A stretch of 63,962 nucleotides of DNA, filler included, from Octopus bimaculoides (Eukaryota): NCBI RefSeq assembly GCF_001194135.2. It is 6 parts of 4 records of this genome, joined end to end, with 100 filler letters (N's around TTAATTAATTAA, not from the genome) between each part and the next. Parts side by side here need not be neighbours in the genome. Positions count along the whole stretch, not along the records: positions 29,972 to 49,987 come from NC_068993.1; positions 50,088 to 62,837 come from NC_068992.1; 4 more parts are not named here. One strand, given 5' to 3'. Positions within the stretch are counted from its first letter, which is position 1. Every line of letters starts with the position of its first letter. The notes beneath the pieces were generated by a model that was not told where the DNA came from, ran no database searches, and saw only the letters and a program-made list of their open reading frames with translations. A program made the position numbers and the translations under genes. Shown here piece by piece: positions 35,860-51,009 of this stretch.

Positions 35860-38260
35860 TAATACTTGAGTATAAAATAAAATCTTTTCATAAAATTTAT
35901 AACATGGAATAAGTAACATTGCGTTTACATGGAGAAGAATTTACGTAAAATATGAGAGAGCCAGGAAATTGGTCTGCATATTTGCTTGCTCTTTTTGATA
36001 TCATTCCAAGTGCTCCAATAACAATAGGTAATGTTGTTGCTCTGAGGTGCTACATCCTTCTAATTTCTTTTTGTAAGACCTTATATTTACTCAATTTCTC
36101 AAACGGTTTCGGAGATGTAGTTTTATCAGCTGTGGCTGCAATATACATCAAGAAACATGTCTTTTCAACATGATTTTTCACAATATCTGATCGGATCGCC
36201 TGAATTTCCCGAACAGTATGAAGTTGGTAACTTCATCATTCTGGACAACTTGTGGTGGTTTGTGTTTGCGGAGAAGGATGTGTGTGCAGTATATTGATTT
36301 GTGTGTGTGTACTGATCAGCCCTGTCATGCCTTTTCAAGAATTCTATTGGAGACTACCTACCGAACTTAAGCTTATCGCTGAGCAGAGGGAAAGAAACCA
36401 ACCGGGATTCCTTAAGTATCGGCGAGTGAGCCGGGAACATCCCAACGCCGAATCTCATCGGCCACATTAGTCGTCGCGAGCTGTTCCGCAAAGGTCGTAC
36501 ACGGTCGATCGTTTTGCCCGGCTAGGTTCGGAGTCCTCTCGATCAGAGCCTTTCAAAGCGGGTGCCAGGCCCATTTGGAGTCGGCGGCGATCGTCGGTGT
36601 TCTTCGGCCCGAAAGTCAGCCTCATCCAGAGATTATGTCGTCGATTTGTCTGGATGTTCTCTGCATGCGCAGCACGATGGGCGGCTTTTATGTTTCAAAT
36701 CATTACACTTGTAATTCCTAGGTGGAAGGTACCAATCCTGACCGCAACAATATACTCCTCGATTTATACACTGGTTGATAAGGCTTTGGTTTATATCAGG
36801 ATCCCAAGGTCTAATCGGTTATTTGCCATACAGTGTTCTTTTTTTTTTTTTACTCCCATTTGCCCTTAGTGTATGAGATGCTGGTTTGTTTGGCTATATT
36901 TTTTTATTGTCTTGTTTCTTCAATTGGGACCGTATTTTCTTCAGGTACTGATTCGTCAAGCTGCATTTTCTGAGGATGTATTATTGCAATTTTCGTCGTT
37001 GAGTGCAACTTTTTGGTATTTTCATGCTTCAGGACAAGCTTCAATATCCGTCATTTTCTCGTTAGACACAAAGTCCTATGGTTGAAATTTTCAATGAGAA
37101 TTAGGACTGTATTAACCACTGACCGTCTTCTTTTCTCAGAAAATATATTCCATATATGTCTACTTTCCGGTGATACGATGGGTTACCATCAGCTTTCGGA
37201 TTTTAATATCACCTTTGTTGATCAAAGAGATAGACCAGCTTGAATGTGATGACATGCATGGCTAACGTTTTTATGGTCTCGAATTTGTTCTGGCATTCAA
37301 CTCAGTTTTCAGAATAGCTCTTGCTCTACGACAGCATTCCTTTCTTATATTTTCTCTCATTAGTGAGTGCTTAATTGCATCTTCACATAGACCTAGAAAC
37401 TTAATAGCTGCCTTCAAATTCAAAATTCTTGTATTTTAATATCTCTATATGGGGTTATGTTGCATGTGTTTGATAGTTTTCCCTTGACAAATAGAGCTTT
37501 GGCGCACTTCTCAAGCCAAAATTCCGTTTTGATGTCCTCACTAAATTTCTTATCTTTTGTTTTTATGCAAAGTTTCAAATCATTTATATAGAAAAAAATG
37601 ACTGATAGCCTTTTCACATTCTTTGTATCCATGATTTGTTTCATGCAAGAGTTTACTAATGAGAAACTACTAAACAGAATAACAAACGCGATAATAAGTC
37701 CCCTTGGAAGATTCTACCATTATTATAGGCTTCTTCAGTGTTCATAGTTATAGTATCCGTGTTGAGAATTAATGTCGTTTTCCATAGCGTTATGACATGA
37801 AATAAAAAAAAAATTCCTGTTTATTGGTGAAAGTTTGAATGCCTCCAGATATTCCTCGATCCAGCTGTAAAGGGGAGAATAAAAGGCCTTCTTGTAATCT
37901 ATCCTAGCTAGTGAAAGATATTTTTTCCTGTTGTGGCAATCATCAAGAATCATTTTGCTTATTAACAAGTTCATTCCTGCATCCAGATGACCCACGTTTA
38001 CAGCTTTTTTGTTCATCAAGAAAAATATTGACATTAATGAGAAAAGCATACGTTCATTCCATTAGAAAAGATGAAAGAATTTTGTGCATTATTTAAACGC
38101 ATGTTAAAGGTCTGTAGTTTTAAGGGAGTTTAGTTTCATCATTTTTGGGGAGCAAATTGACCAGTCGTCCCGGGGTCATTGACAGTTCCTTCGTACTTAT
38201 GTTGCAACAGCAAGTTAGCTTTTTGTGCAGATTTGTAAAAATATTATACCGATACTTTTA
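35860..38260 (-). mobile_element. Degraded R4/Dong-like non-LTR element (RT + RLE)
   Basis: LLISKMILDDCHNRKKYLSLARIDYKKAFYS, FFYINDLKL...FWLEKCAKA, and RLE KLSKYKVLQKEIRRM*HL...LPIVIGALGMI. Interrupted by a CpG-rich block at ~36255-36720. Confidence 0.8.
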
Positions 38261-38484
38261 GAGTTAATCCTTACCAGCTGGCGATTTGAACTCCAAACGT
38301 AAAAGGACATCATTAAAAACGATAAAGCATTTGACGTTCTGGCGCTCTACCGATTCTGACAGTTCATCACTATACGTTAACGGATTATTAGACACTCAAA
38401 AATCTCCTCATTTCAGTAATCACACAGGTGCAATCCTAATTATATCCATGCATTTTTCTCTGTTCCTTTGCCACCCACTCCCTG

Positions 38485-38533
<49 letters not shown>

Positions 38534-38692
38534 AGCTCTGTCTGTCTGTCTCACCAGCTAACAAGCTCCTCTGCCTTATGTGTATTCATTAATTTTGTTG
38601 TTGGCTGCTGAAGCAACACAAAGTCACACTCTGACGTACGAAATGTTAGCTATTGACATCAAATGTCAGAACATCAAGATGACAAGATATTT

Positions 38693-38736
<44 letters not shown>

Positions 38737-39533
38737 ACACATGCATATACAACCCACAACCCCACCCCCCACACACACAAGTAAAGAAACTAAATGAAAT
38801 TTCGTCGGTTTCGATGATGACTATTCCAATGGTTCAATCAACAGGACTGCCTTCTCATTGAATTTGTGAGCAAGTTGCTTGAATATTTCACGGACACGTG
38901 TACCCTCAATATAATTCTCGGGTAACATATACACATGCACGCATATAGATAAAGAGCACGAAGGTAATAAACAACTTAATAAAGTTCTGTTATTAATAAT
39001 CCATTTATTACATTAGAACTTGTAAAAACAAGAGCAGTAGGATTAGAGATAATTAGTAAATTAATTACTCGGTGTAAATTAATTATTCTGAGACGTCATC
39101 CATGAGGAATACAATAAATGATTTAGTATTAACATGATTAATGCAGCGATCGTTTTAAATAATATCAAATTCAAAATAGCCGCGGTAAGAAAAAGACAAT
39201 ATTAGTAAAGTGTGGGAGACAACTCTGATCATGCTTTTGCCTTATTGAATCTCCTCAGTGTATATAATGAAAGCTGTCAGAACCTCCTCTTCGTAACTTG
39301 GATACTTAGTCCTTTGTTCCAATGATTTTAGATATATAATTGTAGAGCGAGGGGACAGAAAAGTTGATCCTAAAGTAAACAAAAAAACTACCAGATTTGT
39401 AGTTAATAGTTGGGATACTGCCTAAAGGTGTACATATTTTGTCTACTTTTTAATCGCTTTTTGTCTACCTTGCATCAACTAAACCTTTAATGTTTAGTGG
39501 AACAAATCGGCCCTAATATTCATTTTTAAAATC

Positions 39534-39785
39534 TGGTGCTTATAAGTAGCTACAGGGACGTAAACAAACCAACACCAGTTGTTAAACAGGGGTTGGAACA
39601 AACACGAAGTCACACTTATACACACACACATGACTGGATTTCTTCCAATTTCCGTCTACGAAATCTACTCACAAAGCTTTGGTTGTCACGGAACTATTTT
39701 AGAAGACACTTTTCCATCGTGCCACTGAACCTGGAACCATATGGTAGGGAATCAAACTTCTTATCATACAGCCACGCCTGCGCCT
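39534..39785 (-). mobile_element. Family B SINE (tail + body + head)
   Basis: Head reverse complement ends ...ACAGCCACGCCTGCGCCT at 39785. Confidence 0.7.
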
Positions 39786-39804
39786 ATCGGTCACTTTTAT
39801 CGAA

Positions 39805-40100
39805 CTGCTAGATTGCGGGTTGGTAAATATACCAACACTGGTTGTCAAGTGGTGAGGGAGACAAACACACACACATACACACACACACACATACATACAT
39901 ACATACATACATGCATACATACATACATACATACATACGATGAGTTTCTTTCAGTTTCCGTCTAACAAATCCACTCACAAGGCTTTGGCCGGCCCGAGGC
40001 TATAGTAGAAGACACTTGCTCAAGGTTCACGCAGTGGGATTGATCCCAGAACCATATGGTTGAGAACCAGACTTCTTACCACACAGCCATACCAGCGCCT
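39805..40100 (-). mobile_element. Family B SINE with internal (CATA)n microsatellite
   Basis: Shows the full head-body-microsatellite-tail architecture, used here to interpret the split copy at 10256-16210. Confidence 0.75.
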
Positions 40101-40749
40101 AGTTGATTTATTTCTCCAGCCATCTGTTACATCGTATGGAGAGAGGAGGAGAGAAGGCTAAAGAGACAATTAGCATAAAGCGTGCAGGATGGGTGCATAT
40201 ACTACGCTTGGTGACAGACAATGAGTAAAAAATCTCTATACCTACATAATTGAAGAGAAAGAATCATAGAAACAGGAGAAGGGGAAGAGAGGATGTGAAT
40301 GACATAGTAGCTTTTGGAAATTTGCTTAACTTTATATTAAGATAAATATTTTTCTTTTGAAAATTATCATTTATTTCATCACTTGGTACAAGTACCAAGA
40401 AAAGGGATAAAAGTTGAATTATTATTATTGTATGTATTCCATATTTTGTGATATCATCTATGGTGGCAAAAGTGTACTCCGAAGTTATTCTCCATAAAAC
40501 GAATAACACTAAATTTGCGGAATCAACCAACCGAATGATACTTCACAAAATACACAGAAAGGCTGCATTCGTGTTCTTATTAACATAAACATCCCCTCTA
40601 CTTACAGAACAGAAGTAACAACCTTTTTATAGACTAAGACAATACAAAATCTTTTGGACCAGACGAATACCAGACGATTTGCAGACAATTTATAAAGAAA
40701 TCATTGAGGCAGTCTCACAATTTCGCTTGTTTGAGCTATATGTGTGTGT

Positions 40750-40811
<62 letters not shown>

Positions 40812-42321
40812 NNNNNNNNNNNNNNNNNNNNNNNNNNNNNNNNNNNNNNNNNNNNNNNNNNNNNNNNNNNNNNNNNNNNNNNNNNNNNNNNNNNNNNNNN
40901 NNNNNNNNNNNNNNNNNNNNNNNNNNNNNNNNNNNNNNNNNNNNNNNNNNNNNNNNNNNNNNNNNNNNNNNNNNNNNNNNNNNNNNNNNNNNNNNNNNNN
41001 NNNNNNNNNNNNNNNNNNNNNNNNNNNNNNNNNNNNNNNNNNNNNNNNNNNNNNNNNNNNNNNNNNNNNNNNNNNNNNNNNNNNNNNNNNNNNNNNNNNN
41101 NNNNNNNNNNNNNNNNNNNNNNNNNNNNNNNNNNNNNNNNNNNNNNNNNNNNNNNNNNNNNNNNNNNNNNNNNNNNNNNNNNNNNNNNNNNNNNNNNNNN
41201 NNNNNNNNNNNNNNNNNNNNNNNNNNNNNNNNNNNNNNNNNNNNNNNNNNNNNNNNNNNNNNNNNNNNNNNNNNNNNNNNNNNNNNNNNNNNNNNNNNNN
41301 NNNNNNNNNNNNNNNNNNNNNNNNNNNNNNNNNNNNNNNNNNNNNNNNNNNNNNACATACACACACACTACACTGGTGCCATGCTCTTCAGCACCCGAGT
41401 TAAGGAAGAAGTTAAATATAGATATTCTGCTAGGTTAAGAAGGAACCTAAATATAGAATAGAGCGAATTCTTTCTAAACGAAATTTGGCAATTTCTTAAA
41501 ATACTTTACAAATGTAACATGCATACTAAAATTAAGAAGAAATTTAAGACAGTGTTCAGCAAGCTTCATTATATAATAGACTCCACACAAACACTTCCGA
41601 AACGAACATCTAAAACTAGCAGGAAAAAGTCATACTATATTTAATCAATAAGTTAACCAAAAGGCTAAATCAACGCTTTTAAAGATCATAAAAACTATTT
41701 TGGAAAGCAATATGGTAATCGATACTAAGAAAATCACTTGTCACTGTAGAAGTTCAAACAAGTGACTTAAATCGCCGAAGTTAAAATCTCGAACTGAAGG
41801 GTTTGTTTGTTTTGGGTTTTTTTGTTTCTTTTGTTTGTTTGTTTTTCCTTCTCCATTGCCTCACATGATCAAAGTTTGTGATGTGATCAATATTAAAAGC
41901 GATTAATTTATATCTTACTATCAGAGGAGAGTGTTAACTGGAGAGTTGCGGTTTCGAATTAGTTATCAGTCATTTAGCATCGTTTGAAGGTAAAATTATA
42001 TAAGGGTGTCGCTTTTTTTTCGTACATGAAAGCTTTCTTAAGGAAGTAACAATGTAGTCAATTGGTTCCAGATTCGATCCCACTGCGTATCAACCATTGG
42101 GTAGAGGATTCAAACACATAATTGAAAGTGACTAATATAGACTCTATATTACTGTAACTAGTATTGAGAGTTTGTCTCGCGACTATAGTTTTACACCTTT
42201 CATGTGTCACTGCTCTCGCCAGAAGTTCGCAATGGCGTGAAACTCGTGTAGTGAGATAAACGCTCAATTTCAGTTTCAATATGAAAAGGCATATTTTCCA
42301 CATAAATTTATTCTTTTTTAC

Positions 42322-42510
42322 TTTAGGCACGAGGCCCGAATTTTAGGGAGAGGGAACCACTCGATTAAATCGATCCAGTATGCAACATGTACTTAATTTA
42401 TCGACTCCGAAAGGATGAAAAGCAAAGTCGACCTCGACGGAATTTGAACTCAGAACACAAAGACAGATGAAATACCGCTAAGCATTTTGTCCTGCGTGCT
42501 AACGTTTCTG
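42322..42510 (-). mobile_element. SINE family A
   Basis: GGATGAAAAGCAAAGTCGACCTCGACGGAATTTGAACTCAGAAC. Confidence 0.7.
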
Positions 42511-43039
42511 CCACACGACCTCAGACTGAACACAGAGACCTACATCAAGTGCCTGGAGGAGGTAATGCTGCCCTGGCTCATGAGAATGGCTGCTGGAAGA
42601 CCCTATGTCTGGCAACAGGTCTCTGCACGATGCTACACAAGCAGGAAAACCCAGTCATGGCTGTCAGACAATTTCTGCGATCACATCACCCCTAACATCT
42701 GGCTACCTAACTCCCCAGACTGCAGCCCCTTTGATTATTATGTGTGGGGCGCAGTTGACCGAGAGACCAACAAAACTCCTTGTAACACCAAAGGTGAAGG
42801 CAAGGATTATGGCAGCATTCACCAACTTAAACAAGGGCATCGTCAAGAAGAGTTGAAGGAGATTCCGAAGTCGTCTCGATGCCGCGGTGGAAACCAATGG
42901 CGATTTTATTGAATAAATTTACTCTTTAGTATTTCAAGATATTTTTATGTAATTTTGATAAATTTATCTGTTAAAATGAGATGTCAGTGGTATTTTCATT
43001 TTTGCGTAATTTAGACGACAATTTATTCACCGCACCCTG
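42511..43039 (+). mobile_element. Mariner-like transposon 3' half with right TIR
   Basis: YIKCLEEVMLPW...YVWQQVSARC...IWLPNSPDCSPFDYYVWGAV (W-P-SPDL-P-DY motif). Ends ...CACCCTG|TA at 43039. Confidence 0.85.
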
Positions 43040-43276
43040 TATATAAAAGATGGAGGTAGAAACATCACAGAAGCAAATATAAGACATTTTAATTTAGGAA
43101 GAAATTAATAAAATGATTTTAAAAATGTATATAGAAAATATAAAATATTACCGGTTTCGATGATGAATTCTATCTTATGAAATATTAATAAAAATTTGTA
43201 ACTTGAAGAAAAAATAGTTTGTGTTTATCTTCTGTTTGGTGAAGTAAATCTTATATATCTATATGTGTGTGTGTAT

Positions 43277-43311
<35 letters not shown>

Positions 43312-43483
43312 TATATACACATGCATACACATACACACATACATATATACATATATGCTTATATATACATATATATATATGAATATATATATACATACAT
43401 ATATGTATGCATACATATATATACATACATATATATGCATATACACATACATATATATATATATATATATGCATATATATTCA

Positions 43484-43517
<34 letters not shown>

Positions 43518-43553
43518 TACTGCCACATATACACACACACACATACGCACACG

Positions 43554-43610
<57 letters not shown>

Positions 43611-44524
43611 ACACACGTCCGTATGTGTGTATAATAAGTCATTACTTTATTACTCAAATGCCAGAAGATTGGCAGAATCGTTAGATCGTTGAACAAAATG
43701 TCATGTCATACCTGTTATACCACTTAAGTTCTAATTTCGACTCCCCCGAATGTCAACTTGTCTTCTGTCCCTCTGTGGATGTGTTTTTCACTAGATTCTT
43801 CTGTTCTGTGGTATGTTACATAGCTTTATCACAGTGGTATATAATGAACGTAGAAAGCTCTAACATAACGCCGATAAGTATTTTGTTAGTGTGGCCGTTT
43901 GACCTCATATCAAGGCTCGCCCAAAACATATAAATAGAGGTAGTCTGACCGTGGTAGAGGGTTGAATAGCCGTTGAGTAGCAGTCATGTAACGGTTGAGT
44001 AGCGATCATCCGAAGGTGCTAGATAGCAGTAGCTTGAGACATAACACATATGATCAACGACAATCAAACCATAACCATCCCGACATGATCTTCTTTTTTA
44101 GACAGTGTTGATCACTTACCAGACAATATAATGAATATAATGTTCTTTGTCTTTTTTGAGACGCGAGTGTTTCTCTAGGAGATACGACGGTTATTTCTAC
44201 CAGTTAGAGCAACAACGTATAAGTAATCACGTCGTTGTTGCTGCTTAGTCCTAGGTGAAACTGAGCTGAATCTATTGATCAAAAGTGTTCCGACCGTAAC
44301 CTGCCCGTCTTTTAATATACCGAGGACAGCATTATACAATATATCATACAATAGTATATTAACAATACTATATATACAATCGATACATTATTATATACAC
44401 AATATATACAGTATTATTTATATACAAAACAAACAATATTTATGTACAATATTTACAATATTATATGTAATACGCATTGATATATGTGTGTGTGTGTGTG
44501 TCTATGTATGTATATGTATATGTG

Positions 44525-44807
<283 letters not shown>

Positions 44808-44921
44808 TATATATTTTATATATATTTTATCTATAAAGCTCAATTTAATTTTAATTTTTTATAAATTGATTTTAATTGAGTTTTTACCTGTAATTTTGGA
44901 TTTTGTCCCTAATATTATTAT

Positions 44922-44960
<39 letters not shown>

Positions 44961-46345
44961 ATTACATATACAATATATACATTAATGTATATACAATATT
45001 GTTGTACAGTGGGTTCCTCCCACTGGTGTGATTTGTGACTGCTTTTGTACGGTAGTTGCTGTTTTACAATAGTAGCCACAATAGTTACTAGTCATTAGAT
45101 ACCGTTGTGTCTCGTCGTACCGGAATAGTAATACACTAACTTCTGACTTACTCTTGCTGATAGCTCCACAAGATACTGACTAGAGCTGTCGGCTCTCAAC
45201 TCTTGACCACCGGCAACTGGTCTATTTATAATCGTATCTCCTACCACTTTTTACTGGGAGGGGTATACAGTTTCACTATACAGCATCTCTTTTAATTATT
45301 TTATTTAACAATTAATTTCTTTTATTCACCCCGCCTCCTCTTCTTTTTTTATTATACTCAATATCTTTTCTCCTTAGGGTCTACTTTTAGGTGTTCTTCC
45401 TTTTCCTTGTACGTGTGGTTTCGACTTCTTGTAACGGTGTTGGAACCCGAAAAATTTTATATAGCCAATCCATCGGTATTTCTACTCTTGTTGATTCCTT
45501 TCCTATGACTTTTCCCTTAATCTGATTTCTGCGTCTCCTTTCCATTCTATTTCTACTTCTTACACCATACATCATTGTTCCTATGTATGTTACAATTTTT
45601 CCTTCTTCCAAGTATTGCTTGCCATTTTTGTAGATTCTTACATATATCTTATCACCGATTCTAAAGAATGTTGGCATTTCTTTACAAGCACGTATTTTTT
45701 CTTCGCTGGTAACAGTTTATCGAATACTGACTTCATCTTTCTGGCAAACATTAATTTTGCTGGTGAACTTCCTTCTGGCGCATTTGGGTTCGGAGTTATC
45801 CAGTATACCCTTAAGAATTATTGGATCACGATCTTGTCCGTCGCTTCTTTATTAGTTTTCTTTAAAGCTCTCTTAAAAGTGTCCACAAACCGTTCGGCCC
45901 TGCCATTCGATCTTGGGTGATACGGTGCTATAGTTTTATATTCTACCGTGAACATGCTGGAAAATCTTTTAAACTCACAGGCTTTCAACTTCCTTGTCGA
46001 TGCTTGGTCAGCATACAAAACTTCGCATCAGCGCCTTCATTCTAGAGATACTTGGGTGTCCCACATGGAACTCTTTTAGTATTTACTTCTGTAACGTCTG
46101 TGGTATAATCACCCTCTGAGCGTACATTAGTACACCATCACATATAGAGTACACGCTCACATTTTGTCGGTTCTTTGCATCAGACTCTTCTTTTATTTCC
46201 TTTTATCGACCACAATTTTCTTTTTGCCTCATTTATAAATTTGTCATTTCTCGCCTTTCTTTTTATTTCTTCCAAGGTTACTGGTAGTTCATGCACGATG
46301 TTGCTAAACTCCAAGATTCCGAGTTGGATTCCAGACAGTGACCTG

Positions 46346-46630
<285 letters not shown>

Positions 46631-47703
46631 AATTTGTTTTTCTTGTTTGTTCCATTTTTCTAGCATTCTAGTTTTGCAGTGCGATTTTATATGTCCTGTA
46701 AACCCGCAGAGAAAATACTTTGCTTTTTGGTACAGACAATCCTTTTTTCCGGTGCATCCCACGACATGCCATACATGGGTCTACATCCCGATATTTTTTT
46801 CTGTTTTTTCTGCAACGCTTTATTTGTTTTCCTACATTTTTGCACTGGTCTTATGTGAAAACACTCTTTCCGTTGAATTTCTTCCATGTCATTCCTTAAT
46901 TTTAACATTATGTCACACTCTTCCGACAGTTTCTGCGATGTCAAATACTGGTTCATTTCCAGTTTTGTTAGAATTTTCATTTGGATTTCTGCATCTCTTT
47001 TATCTGTCAATCCTTGCGCAAACATCAAACACTTTGAAAGAGTCTGGAGTAAGCATATCCAGCCTAAATCTCTTAAATTCTTTGTTGACTTTGTGTAAGT
47101 AGTGAAGTCTTCATCTTCGCTCTTTTGTTTGTTCAAACATTTCCATCTAGAATTAAACAGTGAGCTCTTTTCACTAAATATTTTGCACAAAATATCAACT
47201 GTGTTAGTGAAATTTTGTGTCGGACGCTTTTTTTAAGCAACATAAAGTTACTGTACTTTTCATGCTCTGCTGTCGTTAGTTTTCTTAAAACTAGACGCGT
47301 TTTCATTTCGCCCGTCCAATCCTGACATTTTTTTTTTCAAAAATTTGTTCAAATCTTCGAAAGTAAACCTCGAAGATTACTCCGTCTTCAGTGTCATATT
47401 TAAATTCGCTTATGGAATTTCCTACATGGTCAGGCGAAAATGTATTCTCTGGTTTGGTTATCAACTTTATTAGTTGTAACATTTGCTGCTTGTTGCTGTC
47501 CTCGTTGTTCTTTGTGTTGTTGTTGTTGCAGTTTTTGCAACTCAACTACCCCAGCTAACAAGTCTTCCATATTTTACGATTTTTGTAAGTTGCACAAGAT
47601 TTTGTTTCTTTTTTGTCGAGTTATTTAATTTTCTACGTGAATCAGTTTAAACTCTTTGTGTGAATGTTTTTCTATTTTTTCACTCCGCGTAAATTTGTTT
47701 TTC

Positions 47704-47713
47704 CTCGTCACCA
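47704..47713 (-). promoter_or_regulatory. Primer-binding-site-like motif TGGTGACGAG
   Basis: Begins with TGG, one nucleotide inside the 5' LTR boundary on the minus strand. Confidence 0.65.
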
Positions 47714-48431
47714 CTGTCGTAAAGTGGGTTCCTCCCACCGGTGTTATGCGTGACTGCCGCTGTACTGTAGTTGCTGTTTTATGCTAGTAGCCACAATAGT
47801 TACTAGTTATCGGATACCGTTGTATCTCTTCGTAACGGAAGAGTAATACACTAACTTCTGTCTTACTATCGCTGGTAGCTCCACAAGTCACAGACTAGAA
47901 CTGTCGACTCTCAGTTCTTCGACTCTAGACCCTCTCTTGACGACCAGCTACTGGTCTATTTATACTGGCATCTCCTACCATTTTTTTACTGGACGGGTTA
48001 TACTGTTTCACTATACAACAAATATATACATTATCATTTACACAACATATAGATAGATTATCATATATACGATGTATACATTATTATATATATATACGAT
48101 ATGGTATATATACAATGTATACAATGTTAAGTGATACATTCGATATATACAAAATAATATTATATATACAACATATACATTATGTCTGATATATACAATA
48201 TTACATTTATATTATAAACGTTAATATATTGCAATATTATATATATGATATAAACATTAATANNNNNNNNNNNNNNNNNNNNNNNNNNNNNNNNNNNNNN
48301 NNNNNNNNNNNNNNNNNNNNNNNNNNNNNNNNATATATATATATATATATATATATATACACGATATCTGGACAATAAATACAATATATTCAAAACAAAC
48401 AATACTATCATATACGCAACCTATAAGATGA

Positions 48432-48628
48432 TAAGCTGGCAGAATCGTTAGCACGCCAGACAAATTGCTTGGTGGCATTTCGCCTCTTCTTTATGTTTTG
48501 AGTTCAGATATCGCCGAGGTCGACTTTGCCTGTCATCCTTTTGGGACCGATAAAATAGATATTAGTCGAGCACTGGGTCGATGTAACTCACCCCTACAAT
48601 TTCAGGCCTTGTGCCAGTAGCAGAAAAG
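48432..48628 (+). mobile_element. SINE family A
   Basis: GAGTTCAGATATCGCCGAGGTCGACTTTGCCTGTCATCC...GGCCTTGTGCC. Confidence 0.7.
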
Positions 48629-48686
48629 ATTGTACATGTACAATATGTACAACAATATTATAGATACAGTATATAAAATATTATTA

Positions 48687-49572
48687 TATACTAGCATACC
48701 CGGCGTTGCTCGGGATTTAAAAGGCATAGATTGTATATATGGTACAGTTAAGTTGAAATATGTGATACGGGGAAGTGCAGCATTGACGACAAAACATTTG
48801 TGGAGTAAATGAAGGGTTAATTCGACTAAGTGACATGTCATGCGTCTGTTTGGAAAATTCCAGGCCCTAACCTTGTCATGGAAAAGTGGATGGAAGTGGT
48901 ATGTGGTTTTGAACGAACCAAAAAGCTCTCAGGAAATATCCCCTCCTTTGCAGCTGTCGGGCGCTGCCGCTACCAAGCTGAACAATCAGCAGACATAGGA
49001 ACTACATCTATGGGATAAATTAAGTCTGTGGGCACGCTCAACAGCACCACATGAGATAAATCTACATGAAAGAAATGACATGGTAAGGAGTGGTGGGTTG
49101 GTTGATGCTGTTAATACAGCATTCTTGGCCAGGCGAATACTACGCTGCTCATCGCTTTCAGTAGCTGTACATGCAGCATTTTATGATTATTTTTCGATCA
49201 ATGGAGGATCGCTTCTTTGGAGACCTTATCTCAAGAAATGTGACGTAATAAACTAAGATGACAATTGTACGCTAATAATGAAGTGTGAACAAAAGAGTAA
49301 ATAATATCAATATCTTAGCAAATTATAAGAAGAGTTACTTGGCAAAGAGTTACTTGTCAAAGTGTTACCTCCCTTCTCCACAGTAGTTGTACTTATCCCA
49401 AGTAAGGGGGTTGTCTAGCCCTAGAGGCCCCATTACTCATTATGCGAAAACTTTTAAGAGTCTAAAACCAACAAGTAATGTATGCTCTCAGTTTGAAGAA
49501 AATCAGTTGCAAACTTCTGAATTTACACACAAACACATACACACACAGATTCTGAGTTTTATATATATAGAT
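48687..49572 (+). mobile_element. Non-autonomous Helitron-like element
   Basis: 5' TATACTAG followed by the hairpin CCCG-GCGTTGCT-CGGG. 3' end GAAGAAAATCAGTT...(ACAC)n...TTTTATATATATAGAT, resembling the termini of invertebrate non-autonomous Helitrons. Confidence 0.55.
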
Positions 49573-51009
49573 TAAATATACGATATTTTCACGCTGACTA
49601 CTTGATAAATTCTTATAAAGATTTTATCCTATATTATATTATAAATAATTAGAATATATTCAGTGCTGAATATTATTCTGTATAAGCACATGTTACTGAG
49701 ATGCAACCGGATAAATTCTAATCTCTTTCACGGATATATAATGATGAACAGAAGTCATCGTACTATGTTGGGTACATCGTGGTATGTTGATTCTTGTTTA
49801 TTTTTATGTGTCTCGACCATACGTGTACTGATGAACAAAAGATGCAGCTTACTTCACAGTTTTGCTGTATTGATTGAGAAACCAGTGGTTTGCCGTTAAG
49901 TTAAATGTTTTTAGGAGATTAATTTTGAAAGCTGCATTTCCTCGCTTTCGGTAAATATGTTGCTTATTTTTTGGTAGTTTTTGACTTNNNNNNNNNNNNN
50001 NNNNNNNNNNNNNNNNNNNNNNNNNNNNNNNTTAATTAATTAANNNNNNNNNNNNNNNNNNNNNNNNNNNNNNNNNNNNNNNNNNNNTATATATATGTAT
50101 GTATGTATATATATAGTTATGGAGTGTTGCTGCCATTCAACAATTTTAATAACTACACGTGATTCGAAACCGTTCCGGTGATATGGATTATACGTAAAGG
50201 ATTTATAATAATTAATATTATTTATTCATTTACTTCTTGTAATTAATATATTTACATGTTTCTATACGTATATTCATATATGCATGACAACAGCGATGCT
50301 ATTCATTATTGGTGATAATGTGAAGGAATTAGCTACCATTACGGATTTCTTTCTTTGTTTACTATCGAAAATACCTATTCAGCAATTGACAGATGTCTCA
50401 AGTGCAAAAAAATTGACTCGAATGGAAACTTGCTCTTCATTTCACAGGGTGAAATTATTGAATTTCTTCATAAATCACTTCGACTTCTCTTTTTTTTGTT
50501 TTTTATTGTCATTAACTGTAAATGTATATAAACAATATTGATTTTCTGTTTATCGTGTATAAATTCTATGCAAAACACTTAACATTACATGTTGCCGAAA
50601 GTTTATGCGAAACGTAAACATCGTTGGAATTTTATGAGTTTTGACTTTACGTGAATATAAATACAGATTGATGTATATACATATAAACAGCAACATTGAA
50701 TGGAAAAGAACTAAAGCATGTTATCTGATATATAACCACAGGAATCAAAGAAAAACTGAATAAGTTATTTCTTCCACCAGTCTTTGGAAATTATAAACAA
50801 GAAACATGTTCTAACAAAAATTTGCTCAAATACAACTGCTGTAAAATATAAATTGCTTTTGGCAAAGGATAACACAAAACGTGCATTCTCTCTATTTAAT
50901 CTTGACTGAAGATTTGATCTCTTTTTCAAATTAGTGCGTATCACCTGTGAAATCTCGTTGAATCTCATGACATAAACTTGTTCATGTCATCCTTAAATTA
51001 ACAAGACTA

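Noticed and set aside
49330-49372. Short tandem AAGAGTTACTTG(G/T)CA repeats
   Set aside because: Ordinary local slippage duplication inside the Helitron-like element.
50729-50735. TATATAA as the PLC gene TATA box
   Set aside because: Such words are frequent in this AT-rich DNA; unsupported without TSS data.
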